Origin: Candidatus Micrarchaeia archaeon
Lineage (GTDB): Archaea; Micrarchaeota; Micrarchaeia; Anstonellales; J096
Direction of reading: 5' to 3'
DNA: 21,131 bases
Assembly: GCA_041500405.1 (NCBI GenBank)
Contig: JBGQMB010000017.1
Span: 1 to 21,131 of the forward strand
The notes below the pieces were generated by a model, which saw only the letters and a program-made list of their open reading frames with translations, was not told the DNA's origin and did no database searches. Both the position numbers and the translations under genes were made by a program. Numbering within the stretch: the stretch's first letter is position 1; each line of letters starts with the position of its first letter. Shown piece by piece: positions 7,971 to 16,038 of this stretch.

Positions 7971-10214
7971 CTACCTTCCGACCATCCTTATTGCCTTTTC
8001 GACAATTCCGTCAATGGAGTCGTCTATTTTTTTGCTGCTGACCAGCATCACGCTTATGCCGTTCTTTCCCTTCACATATATGTTGCACGCCTTTCCGTAG
8101 CTGGAGAAGGAGATGTTCTTTGTCTTGTCCATTGTCTGGCCCAGCGACAGCAAAAACCTTATTATCCTGCCGCCCACCGCCAAGTTCACGCTCTCCTTGC
8201 CGAAGCTGAAGTAGCCTCCCGCATAGACGGTCCTGTTGAAGACCGCGCCGCTCATTATCCCTCCCTCCTTCGCAAGGCCGCGCATGAATGTCGCTATCCT
8301 TTCGGTCTCCGGAAGCTCGCTCCTCTTGAGCGTCTTGTCCTCCAGCACCCAGCCGTCCTCCTTGTTCTCGTCAATGAACTTGCTTACGAGCCAGAGCCTC
8401 CATTCTGCCGGTATCCCTATCAGCATGTCGATGTTGACCTTCTCGCTTTCAGACTCCTTTAGCTCGTCTTTGAGCATGCCTATCCATTTTTCCTCGTTTA
8501 TCGTAGCCGTCCTTTCCTTGTTCTTCACTATGAGCAGGCTTTCCGCTATTGTCTTGTTGTAATCCTCTATTGCGCCGTATGCCTCCCTTGTTTCGCCCTT
8601 CTTCAGCATTGTGTCCAGCCCGTCAAGGGATATGGCCGCTATCTTCCTGTATTCGTCATTGGTGTTTATGCCCCTGTCCGAGAATTCCCCTATCTCCTGG
8701 AATGCGCGCCTTATGTTGTCCTTGAGCTCCTTCATGCCCTTTTCTATCTCTGCCGCGGAATATCTCAGCACATTCCTTGAGTAATACTTTCCGCCGACAA
8801 CGGCCTTCAGCCGGTCCATCAGCACGTCGACCGCAAGGTATGCGCCAAAAAGGTAGATGACTATCGTAAGCAGGGCCGCCACGTCCTCTATTGGCACCAC
8901 CTCATATATGCTCCTGCCGTCCAGCGAGGCTATCGGCGCCCTTGCCGAGCTTGTTTCTAGGTATGCTCCGGCAACGAAAAGCACGATGCACAATGCCAAG
9001 GACTCTATCCACATCGGGTTCGAGGACCCGAGCGACTCAAGCGCCGCAGTTTTCGCGTCCCTTTTTGTCGCCATTGCGAGCAATGCCGCGTAAGCCGCCG
9101 AGCCAACCTGGAACAGGATGAGCAAGAGGACATAGTCAACCGCTATTGCAAGCACAAGCGACATCCTCGGCATTCCCGCGGCGGCGTTTATCGGAACGAA
9201 AAACAAGTTAAGCTCGGAAAGCGGGCCCTCCAAGTCCATGGCGCCGCTTGTCATGAACGTTATGTCTATTTTGCCCTTGTTCATCGCAACATATGTCAGC
9301 TGGCTGTTTTCGGCAGTTGACTCCATCGCATAAACCAGGTATTCGGCATTTGAGTTGTTTATCTCCGCGTCGTTGAACTTGACCTGTATGTTGGGCTCAG
9401 TGGCATACCTTGCGGAGTCCATCACGTCACTTAATGTCAGCCTGTTGGACAGCTCGGCCGGTATGCTGTCCTGCAGCGACACCGTTGCGGACCTTTTGAG
9501 CGCCGAGCCCATAATATTGTATATTATAATCAGCTTGTATTTTGTTGTGCTTACCGTAAAATGCGGTATTGCCGTTTCCGCGGAGGTTGCCTTTGGGCAA
9601 ATGCCCATCACAGCCACTGCCGGATGCACGCTTATCGCGGCATCAACCGTTTCCGCGCGCACAAAGAGCTCCGCAGCATTGTCCGTTGCGTTGGTTTCAT
9701 TATAATTCTTCAGTTCCTTGCTTAGCTCGTCCGTTATGGCCTTCTTCTCGTTTATCAGGCCAGCAAGGTCCTTCAGCACATATCCAATGTCGTTCAGCTT
9801 GACGCCCTTGCATGCGCTTATGTTGCATGCCGCCTTGCAGGTTGCCGGCGTCGAGCAGGCTTCCAGGCTTATCTTGCATTTTTCCTTTGTTGAGTTTAGG
9901 TAGGCATAGCTTGAGTTGACATATTTGGCTATGTCGCTTGTCTTTACAGTCCCATTCGTCTCAACGCCATATTCAATCGGGTAAACGAACATATATTTCC
10001 TTACAAGGACCGAGCCCGAAGTCGCATCCGAAGGGACAATGTTTATGGGCGTAAACTCGTACAGCGAGGCCTCGTCGGTCCCCTTGCCGTCAACGTTTAT
10101 GCTGGTTATGCCAGTCATCCTCATCTTTTCGCCTATGTCCACAGCGTTCTTTTCCATGCATCCTGCGAGGAGCAAGAGCGCCGCTAGGACGAAAAGGGCA
10201 TACCGCCTATACAT
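7971..10214 (-). CDS. Uncharacterised multi-pass membrane lipoprotein: Cys-rich ectodomain, about 3 TM helices, helical region, possible Roadblock-like C-terminal domain
   Basis: Signal peptide with lipobox LLLLAGC; CKISLEACSTPATCKAACNISAC; three hydrophobic stretches at roughly residues 350-465; charged helical region. The stop codon lies 11 nt before the gyrB start on the same strand. Confidence 0.75.
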   Translation of the reverse strand: MYRRYALFVLAALLLLAGCMEKNAVDIGEKMRMTGITSINVDGKGTDEASLYEFTPINIVPSDATSGSVLVRKYMFVYPIEYGVETNGTVKTSDIAKYVNSSYAYLNSTKEKCKISLEACSTPATCKAACNISACKGVKLNDIGYVLKDLAGLINEKKAITDELSKELKNYNETNATDNAAELFVRAETVDAAISVHPAVAVMGICPKATSAETAIPHFTVSTTKYKLIIIYNIMGSALKRSATVSLQDSIPAELSNRLTLSDVMDSARYATEPNIQVKFNDAEINNSNAEYLVYAMESTAENSQLTYVAMNKGKIDITFMTSGAMDLEGPLSELNLFFVPINAAAGMPRMSLVLAIAVDYVLLLILFQVGSAAYAALLAMATKRDAKTAALESLGSSNPMWIESLALCIVLFVAGAYLETSSARAPIASLDGRSIYEVVPIEDVAALLTIVIYLFGAYLAVDVLMDRLKAVVGGKYYSRNVLRYSAAEIEKGMKELKDNIRRAFQEIGEFSDRGINTNDEYRKIAAISLDGLDTMLKKGETREAYGAIEDYNKTIAESLLIVKNKERTATINEEKWIGMLKDELKESESEKVNIDMLIGIPAEWRLWLVSKFIDENKEDGWVLEDKTLKRSELPETERIATFMRGLAKEGGIMSGAVFNRTVYAGGYFSFGKESVNLAVGGRIIRFLLSLGQTMDKTKNISFSSYGKACNIYVKGKNGISVMLVSSKKIDDSIDGIVEKAIRMVGR

Positions 10215-10342
10215 GGATTCCTTTTGAGGCGCATTCCTTTTAAACCTTCATACCCGTTCCTCCCTCGGTAATGGCCGCTTTCCGCCAGCCAGCAGCTTTT
10301 TAATACCTTTTTTACAACAATTGCCCATCTAACGGTAATGTA
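10215..10342. promoter_or_regulatory. Divergent promoter region between the lipoprotein-gyrB unit and lonB
   Basis: Minus-strand TTTAAAA at about 10238-10244, roughly 25 nt before the ATG at 10214. Plus-strand TTTTTAATA at about 10297-10305, upstream of the lonB ATG at 10343. Confidence 0.45.
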
Positions 10343-12349
10343 ATGGCTCTTGACTTCAAGGACACAAGCTCGATACAGGTGCCTGAAAAGCTGGTCGACC
10401 AGATAATAGGCCAGCAGAAGGCGGTAGACATAGTCAAGACAGCCGCAAAGCAGAAAAGGCACATTCTGCTAATAGGGCCTCCGGGAACCGGAAAAAGCCT
10501 TTTGGCGCAGGCCATGGCGGAGCTTTTGCCCCTGGAGACGCTTGATGATGTTCTTGCCTATCCAAACAACGTAATGGAGAATGAGCCCCTTATCAAGACG
10601 GTCAGGACCTATCCTGACGTCAAGTATTTGCAGGAGCACAGGGAATTCCAGCGCTATTATTCACAGGAGGAATTGGCAAAGATAAGGGCGCTTTCGGAAA
10701 AGGCGAGCTACGAAAGGCTGGTTGACGCCCTGAAGATCGGCCTTGGAAGGAGGATAGTCATGAGGATGGACTATTCCCTGCCTTTGCAGAACAGGAAAAA
10801 GGACGAGTCATTCTTCACGCCTTTCACGACCGTGCTGGTAATACTCCTTATAGGGGCGGCGCTGCTCATGATGAGCATACCGGAATACATGAAGTGGTTC
10901 CTTTTGTCCCTTCTTATCGGAGGCGGAATGGTCTACAGCATGCTTTCATTTTTCGCGTCAATGCCAAAAGGCGGATTCGCAAAGGAATCTGTCCCAAAAA
11001 TGATCGTGGACAACACAGGAAAGAAGCTTGCGCCCTTTGTTGACGGAACAGGGGCAAAGGCAGGCGCGCTTTTGGGGGACGTGAAGCACGACCCGCTGCA
11101 GTCCGGAGGCCTTGGAACCCCAGCCCACCTCAGGGTCGAGGCTGGCGCAATCCACAGGTCAAACAAGGGCGTCCTTTTCATAGACGAGGTCGCGAGCATG
11201 AAAATGAACGGGCAGCAGGAGATACTGACTGCGATGCAGGAAAAGCGCTATCCAATAACGGGGCAGAGCGAGCTTTCCTCAGGCGCCTTGGTCAAGACCC
11301 AGCCTGCGCCATGCGATTTTGTCCTTGTCGGCGCAGGCAACCTGATAGACATGGGAGGCCTGCACCCCGCGTTCAGGAGCAGGATAAGGGGAAGCGGCTA
11401 TGAGGTGTATATGGAATCCGAAATGGCCGACAACGAACGGAACCAGGCTGACCTTGTGCGCTTTATCGCCCAGGAGATCAAGAAGGACGGGAAGATACCC
11501 CATTTTTCAAAGGAAGCGGTGCTTGAGATAATAGACGAGTCAAGGAAGGCGTCCGGAAGGAAGGGCAAATTAAGCCTGAACCTTAGGGAGCTTGGCGGCC
11601 TTGTCAGGGCTGCGGGCGACGTTGCGCTTGAGGAGAACTCAGGGCTTGTCGAGCGGAGCCACGTGCTTGCGGCGCGCAAGATTTTCTCAACGATTGAAGT
11701 CCAGGTTGCTGACCAGATAATCCAAAAGAAGAGGGAGTATGAGGTCATAAAGACAAGGGGATTTGAGGTCGGAAGGGTGAACGGGCTCGCTGTTTTGGGA
11801 GACTCCAACAAGGGCATGATACTCCCGATAGTCGCGGAAGTGGCGCCTTCCACAAGCGAGGTCGAGGGAAGGATAATAGCGACGGGAAAGCTCGGCAAGA
11901 TTGCAAAGGAGGCAGTCCGCAACGTTTCCGCGATAATCAAGAAGAACATCGGGACCGACATTTCCAAGAAGGACATCCACATCCAGTTTTTGCAGACCTA
12001 TGAGGGCGTTGAGGGAGACTCCGCAAGCGTGAGCGTCGCCGTCGCCGTTTTCTCGGCATTGCAGAATTTGACTGTCAGCCAGGCCGTTGCGATGACCGGC
12101 TCGCTTGACGTCAGGGGCAATGTTCTGCCGGTCGGCGGGGTCTCTGGAAAAATCAGGGCCGCATATGACGCCGGAATCCGCAAAGTGATCATTCCCGCCT
12201 CCAATGTGAAGGATGTTTACCTTGACAAGGAAATCATGGAAAAGATGAAAATAGTCGGGGTCAAGAGGATTGAGGAAGTCATAAGGGAAGCGTTCAACCA
12301 GTCAAGGGAGACCGCAAAGCTAGTCCTCACACTTTCCGGAAAGAAGTGA
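10343..12349 (+). CDS. lonB: Archaeal ATP-dependent Lon protease (LonB type, membrane-anchored)
   Basis: Walker A GPPGTGKS; two TM helices inside the AAA+ domain; [18 protein letters not shown]; Walker B VLFIDE; catalytic Ser in EGDSAS and Lys in VGGVSGKI. Confidence 0.95.
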   Translation: MALDFKDTSSIQVPEKLVDQIIGQQKAVDIVKTAAKQKRHILLIGPPGTGKSLLAQAMAELLPLETLDDVLAYPNNVMENEPLIKTVRTYPDVKYLQEHREFQRYYSQEELAKIRALSEKASYERLVDALKIGLGRRIVMRMDYSLPLQNRKKDESFFTPFTTVLVILLIGAALLMMSIPEYMKWFLLSLLIGGGMVYSMLSFFASMPKGGFAKESVPKMIVDNTGKKLAPFVDGTGAKAGALLGDVKHDPLQSGGLGTPAHLRVEAGAIHRSNKGVLFIDEVASMKMNGQQEILTAMQEKRYPITGQSELSSGALVKTQPAPCDFVLVGAGNLIDMGGLHPAFRSRIRGSGYEVYMESEMADNERNQADLVRFIAQEIKKDGKIPHFSKEAVLEIIDESRKASGRKGKLSLNLRELGGLVRAAGDVALEENSGLVERSHVLAARKIFSTIEVQVADQIIQKKREYEVIKTRGFEVGRVNGLAVLGDSNKGMILPIVAEVAPSTSEVEGRIIATGKLGKIAKEAVRNVSAIIKKNIGTDISKKDIHIQFLQTYEGVEGDSASVSVAVAVFSALQNLTVSQAVAMTGSLDVRGNVLPVGGVSGKIRAAYDAGIRKVIIPASNVKDVYLDKEIMEKMKIVGVKRIEEVIREAFNQSRETAKLVLTLSGKK

Positions 12350-13471
12350 GTCCATCGCCTCTTCGGCGTTTTTCTCCTTCAGCATCCTGTACAGGCTTGA
12401 AGGCCTTGTCTTCATCTTTCCTTTCAGCTCCGAATCAAGCATCTCTTCCATTCTTTCTATAAGGGGCCTCTTTTCCCTGTTCAGTTCCTTTATCAGCTTT
12501 ATCTTGTCCTTTATGTCCTCGCCGACAATGTCAGAAACGTCGACAACCGCGTCAGGATAATCCCTTGGGTTCATATCCCTTTTTCCAAAGCCCTCCTTCA
12601 GCGCGCCCCTTGCCTTTATTTTCGCTATTATCTCAACGCCGCTGTTTTCCGCCTTTATCTTGCTGTAAGCTTCTTCTATTATCTCGCATGCCCTGCCGGG
12701 CGCCTGGCCGCTTATGTCAACAACCTTGTAAATGCCCTTTTTCTGCAAAAGCTCAACAGGCTCCGCCTTTTTTGTTATCGTGTCGTAAATGAATATCGCC
12801 CTTGGCTCCAAAAGCTCGCACTCGTCCAGCTTTGCCGCGACAGTTGAGCCGGGCAGAAGCACCTTTCCGCTTTGCGAAACATATCTCTTGTGTATGTGCC
12901 CGTCTATGACAACATCGACCGGCAATGAGTCAAGGAATGCGAGAGTGATTGAGTTTTCGCCGCCGAACGGCACGAACTCCTCAATGCCTTGGTGCAGCAC
13001 CAGCACGTTTATCCCCTTTTCCGTCTTTTCCTTGTTGCTGTTCAGCACTTCAATGATTGCGTCACTTGCCTTGTCGTCTGGAACATGGCCCATTGATATT
13101 ACATTTACCATTTCTCCATCCTTCTCGAACGTTATTGTCTCCCCGTGGGCATAATGCGCTATGCCGCCGTTGGAGAACACGTTGAGCGGCGTTGCCATGC
13201 CCCTTATCCTCCTTTCGTGGTTTCCGTGGATCAGGACCGGCTTTTTGCCGTTCTCGTTGCTTGCGCGGAATGCCTCAGCCGCGCACACCAAGTCGTCCAT
13301 GCTCGGCGCGTCGGTGTCAAACACGTCCCCTGTCTGTATGACAACATCCGCGTTTTTTGACGCAAGGTGCATGGCCTCCTTTGCCTGTTTGCATGCATCC
13401 TGCCTGAACCTGCCCTTGTGCATCCGCATCCCGATATGGAGGTCTCCGACTATCCCTATCTTCATGAACAT
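12320..13471 (-). CDS. mre11: Mre11/SbcD-family DNA repair nuclease
   Basis: Phosphoesterase motifs GDLH, GDVFD, GNHE, LHQ and GHIH, plus PGS and a capping domain. The likely start is the ATG at 13471 (TGATG overlap with the upstream ORF) or 13465, rather than 13486. Confidence 0.85.
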   Translation of the reverse strand: MFMKIGIVGDLHIGMRMHKGRFRQDACKQAKEAMHLASKNADVVIQTGDVFDTDAPSMDDLVCAAEAFRASNENGKKPVLIHGNHERRIRGMATPLNVFSNGGIAHYAHGETITFEKDGEMVNVISMGHVPDDKASDAIIEVLNSNKEKTEKGINVLVLHQGIEEFVPFGGENSITLAFLDSLPVDVVIDGHIHKRYVSQSGKVLLPGSTVAAKLDECELLEPRAIFIYDTITKKAEPVELLQKKGIYKVVDISGQAPGRACEIIEEAYSKIKAENSGVEIIAKIKARGALKEGFGKRDMNPRDYPDAVVDVSDIVGEDIKDKIKLIKELNREKRPLIERMEEMLDSELKGKMKTRPSSLYRMLKEKNAEEAMDSLLSGKCED

Positions 13472-13812
13472 CAACTTTCCACGCATTCCAAAAATTCCAA
13501 TCCAAACAACTGTCTATCATTTATCCATTCTGATTTTGGCCTCTTCAGAATCGCCGCTCCTTCCAGCAATTTTTGTATCCGGGAACCGGAATGATAAAAC
13601 TGTGCGTTAAGTAGCGGCATTCCATCTCCGATGAATACGTCTGCGCCTGCTTTAAGCAGCCTTGTTGCCCTTCTCAAATTCCCGTACTTTGCAGCGTCAA
13701 TCAGCCATCTGCCGAGGTTTTCCAGTTTTTTGGCCCTGGACTGCTTGGTGTACCTTCCAGATACGACGTCGTAATTCTCCGCCATGTAATATGGAACTTC
13801 ATACTTAGGCAT
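13471..13812 (-). CDS. Small ankyrin-repeat protein
   Basis: LIDAAKYGNLRRATRLLKAGADV matches the ankyrin consensus, followed by a degenerate second repeat (PLLNAQFYHSGSRIQKLLE). TTTAAA lies about 25 nt upstream (13835-13840). Confidence 0.65.
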   Translation of the reverse strand: MPKYEVPYYMAENYDVVSGRYTKQSRAKKLENLGRWLIDAAKYGNLRRATRLLKAGADVFIGDGMPLLNAQFYHSGSRIQKLLEGAAILKRPKSEWINDRQLFGLEFLECVES

Positions 13813-13849
13813 GATTCATTCCTGCAAGAAAGGGTTTAAATGATTATTG

Positions 13850-13882
13850 AAAAAGGGCCTTTTCTTTTCAAAGAAAAAGCCC
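13850..13882 (-). terminator. Second hairpin plus U-tract downstream of ftsZ
   Basis: The minus strand reads GGGCTTTTTCTTT-GA-AAAGAAAAGGCCC-TTTTT. The single arm mismatch is a G-U wobble on this strand. Confidence 0.45.
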
Positions 13883-13936
13883 CTGGGGAAAAAGAAAGCA
13901 TAGTGGCGCAGCTGCGCCCAATATTGTTTGAAATAT

Positions 13937-13980
13937 AAAAAATAGAAATAAAAAACAAAAGGAAAGGGGCTTGCGCCCCT
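13937..13980 (-). terminator. Intrinsic-type terminator directly after ftsZ
   Basis: The minus strand reads AGGGGC-GCAA-GCCCCT (13980-13965, GNRA loop), followed by TTCCTTTTGTTTTTTATTT, 8 nt after the ftsZ stop. Confidence 0.7.
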
Positions 13981-13988
13981 GCCTTGCT

Positions 13989-15068
13989 TCAGATCGCGTC
14001 GAGTCCCTCGGACATCGCCTTGTCAAGGTAGTTCTCGGTGTCTCCCGAGAGGTCCCTTCCTGCGATGCTTGCTCCCTTCACGCCGGTCACGATGGCGACT
14101 ATCTCAAGCCTGCCCTCGTAGTTCTGCATGATCCTTGCGCCCCACTTCACGTTCGCGTCCGGGTCCATCTTTTCCGTTATCATTTCACCGGCCTTGATTG
14201 CGTCGCCGAGCGTCAGGTCGCTGCCTCCGGATATGTGGATAAGGGCTCCCTTCGCGCCTTCGAAGTCAACGTCGAGAAGCCTGTTCTTTATGACTCCCTC
14301 TGCCGCCTGCCTCACCCTGTCGTTGGACTTGCCTTCTCCGACAGCGATGAATCCGACTCCGCCTCCCTGCATGATTGACCTCACGTCAGCGAAGTCTATG
14401 TTAATGAGGGATGGTTGCGTAATGGTCCAGACAAGCCCGCCGATTGCCCTTGCGAGAATCTCGTCCGCCACTGAGAACGCGTCAGTCATCCTAAGGTTCG
14501 GGAACAGCTCCACGAGCCTGTTGTTGTCCAGTATGACTACCGAGTCCGCGTATTTCTTGAGCTCCTTTATGCACTCGTCCGCCTTCTTCTTCCTCGCCTT
14601 TTCGAGGTTGAATGGGTATGTTACCATGGCAATGGTTATTGCTCCCTGCTCCTTTGCCATCTGCGCCACTATCGGCGAGGCCCCGCCTCCGGTTCCGCCG
14701 CCCATGCCTGCGCATATGAATACCAGGTGTGCTCCGTCAAGGATCTCCGCTATGGCCGGCCTGTCGACCTCGGCCGCCTTTGCGCCGACGTCTGCGTAGC
14801 CGCCTGCCCCGAGTCCCTTGGTTATGCTCTTTCCGATAAGCACCTTCTTTGCCTTTTCGTGTATGATATTCAGGTGCTGAGCGTCCGTGTTCATTGCCAC
14901 AAGCTCTGTTCCCTTGACTCCGAACTTTATGAGCCTGTTGATGGTGTTGTTTCCGCCGCCCCCAATGCCTATTGTGACGATCTTTATCTGATCGTTCGAC
15001 ATAATCTCTGTTCCCGTGTTTTCGCTAACCGTAGTTGCTCCAATTGCGTCCCTTATCAGGCTTTCCAT
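13989..15068 (-). CDS. ftsZ: Cell division protein FtsZ, archaeal FtsZ2-like
   Basis: GIGGGGNN, NTDAQHL, GLGAGG, GMGGGTGGG and the T7 loop INIDFADV. FtsZ2-like strings PFNLEKAR, LDNNRL, TITQPSLIN and ANVKWGARI. GGTGA RBS at 15077-15073. Confidence 0.95.
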   Translation of the reverse strand: MESLIRDAIGATTVSENTGTEIMSNDQIKIVTIGIGGGGNNTINRLIKFGVKGTELVAMNTDAQHLNIIHEKAKKVLIGKSITKGLGAGGYADVGAKAAEVDRPAIAEILDGAHLVFICAGMGGGTGGGASPIVAQMAKEQGAITIAMVTYPFNLEKARKKKADECIKELKKYADSVVILDNNRLVELFPNLRMTDAFSVADEILARAIGGLVWTITQPSLINIDFADVRSIMQGGGVGFIAVGEGKSNDRVRQAAEGVIKNRLLDVDFEGAKGALIHISGGSDLTLGDAIKAGEMITEKMDPDANVKWGARIMQNYEGRLEIVAIVTGVKGASIAGRDLSGDTENYLDKAMSEGLDAI

Positions 15069-15257
15069 GTTTTCACCATTTTTTGTGTTTTATCGTCTAT
15101 CCTTGTAATTAGTTCCTGCTTCCCCTATTTAAAAACGTTTTCTTTACCGACGGAGGATTTCGAACACAAACGTTTATCAGACACCACACTTCCCCTATTC
15201 TGTATTCATGCAAAGGTTTAAATACATTTAGTGCATACATTCACTTGGGTTGAAAAG
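15069..15257. promoter_or_regulatory. Divergent promoter region between ftsZ and the RHH-PIN pair, with repeated motifs
   Basis: Minus-strand TTTTTAAATA (15135-15126) and plus-strand TTTAAATA (15217-15224). Repeats: cttcccctatt twice, aaacgttt twice, atacatt twice. Confidence 0.55.
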
Positions 15258-15470
15258 ATGGTCAAAGTTATGACAATAAGGGACGAGGTTTACCACAAGC
15301 TGAACAAGATAAGGCTCAGCCGGGGCTTCAGCTTCAGCGAAACGATAGAGCACCTCCTTGAATCATACAACAGGTACGGGAGGGAGGCCGGCATAGGCGA
15401 GCTTGCGGGCGCGCTGCCAAAATCAAAGCTCAACAAAAGGAACGTGAAGAGGGTGGTCGGCGATGTCTAA
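15258..15470 (+). CDS. Ribbon-helix-helix antitoxin-like protein (archaeal VapB/DUF217-like)
   Basis: MVKVMTIRDEVYHKLNKIRLSRGFSFSETIEHLL matches the KTITIxDEVYxxLxxxK...SFSxxIxxLL pattern. It overlaps the downstream PIN gene. The ATG at 15258 is preferred over the GTG at 15231. Confidence 0.8.
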   Translation: MVKVMTIRDEVYHKLNKIRLSRGFSFSETIEHLLESYNRYGREAGIGELAGALPKSKLNKRNVKRVVGDV

Positions 15471-15834
15471 CACAATCTGCGTAGACTTTGACATGATGCT
15501 GTACTATCTGGTCGGCGACAAGTCCCACGTCGACAAGCTGAACATGTATATCAAGACGGAGGAGATGGCAGTGACCGCGCTTACGCTTGCGGACCTTGCC
15601 ATATCGATGGAGGATGAGGACCTCCCAAAAAAGATTTCAGCCAACTTCCGCATATTGCCATTCGACGAGCGCGCGGCGCTCAAGGCAAAGGAGATTTATC
15701 TGCCCATGCAGGAGGCAGGCAATGAGAAAGTCAAAATAGCGTACAACTCCGCCATCGTCATAACGAATGATGCGTTCTTCCTTGTGAAGGACAAGAACAA
15801 GTATAAGGGAGTGCCGGGCCTCAAGTTCGTCTGA
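15463..15834 (+). CDS. PIN-domain protein (VapC-like), degenerate active site
   Basis: ICVDFDMML, TALTLADL, FRILPFDERAA and LVKDKNKYKGVPGLK follow the VapC layout. It sits directly downstream of an RHH gene. Confidence 0.75.
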   Translation: MSNTICVDFDMMLYYLVGDKSHVDKLNMYIKTEEMAVTALTLADLAISMEDEDLPKKISANFRILPFDERAALKAKEIYLPMQEAGNEKVKIAYNSAIVITNDAFFLVKDKNKYKGVPGLKFV

Positions 15835-15840
15835 AAAAAG

Positions 15841-15913
15841 TGAGCCCGCCCGGGATTGAACCGGGGATCCCCGCTGTGTGAGAGCGGTGTCTTAACCACT
15901 CGACTACGGGCTC
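15841..15913 (-). tRNA. tRNA-Val(CAC), intronless, CCA not encoded
   Basis: The minus strand folds as acceptor GAGCCCG/CGGGCTC plus discriminator A, D-arm GTC-GAGTGGTTAA-GAC, anticodon arm CCGCT-CTCACAC-AGCGG and T-arm CCCGG-TTCAATC-CCGGG. It is followed by CTTTTTT. Confidence 0.95.
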
Positions 15914-15926
15914 CTGTATCCGTCTG

Positions 15927-15970
15927 TGAGCCTGTAGGGCCTTTGGCGGACCAAAGCGGACTACGGGCTC
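15927..15970 (-). repeat. Hairpin upstream of the tRNA containing a 12-nt copy of the tRNA 5' end
   Basis: gactacgggctc occurs at 15902-15913 (tRNA 5' end) and again at 15959-15970. A near-complement, gagcctgtag, lies at 15928-15937. An inner stem ctttgg/ccaaag spans 15941-15956. Confidence 0.85.
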
Positions 15971-16005
15971 GTCTGAAACCGCAGATTATACACTATCGGC
16001 ATTCG

Positions 16006-16014
16006 TTTTAAAAA
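16006..16014. promoter_or_regulatory. Putative TATA box, possibly bidirectional (kae1 and tRNA)
   Basis: ttttaaaaa lies about 25 nt before the kae1 ATG at 16039 and reads TTTTTAAAA on the minus strand toward the tRNA. Confidence 0.45.
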
Positions 16015-16038
16015 TCTTGCCGGAACTTCAATCTCCAT

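Noticed and set aside
10343..12349. Intein in LonB
   Set aside because: The length is normal and no C...HN-type splice junctions are seen. The hydrophobic insertion is the standard LonB membrane anchor.
14128..14799. Long antisense ORFs (for example 14128-14799, 11398-11982, 6596-7120, 20594-21115, 17277-17834)
   Set aside because: These are shadow frames opposite well-conserved genes, with no recognisable motifs.
15258..15913. VapBC next to a tRNA 3' end as the edge of an integrated element
   Set aside because: There is no duplicated tRNA 3' end, no integrase and no obvious compositional shift, and core genes lie on both sides.
15927..15970. Upstream hairpin as a second, split or permuted tRNA gene
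   Set aside because: Only 12 nt match, there is no anticodon or T arm and no clear bulge-helix-bulge, and the adjacent tRNA is already complete.
15827..15978. 10-bp direct repeat tcgtctgaaa (15827-15836 and 15969-15978) flanking the tRNA and hairpin as a target-site duplication
   Set aside because: It is short, one copy is the PIN gene's last codons and stop, and there is no integrase or transposase nearby. Chance cannot be excluded.
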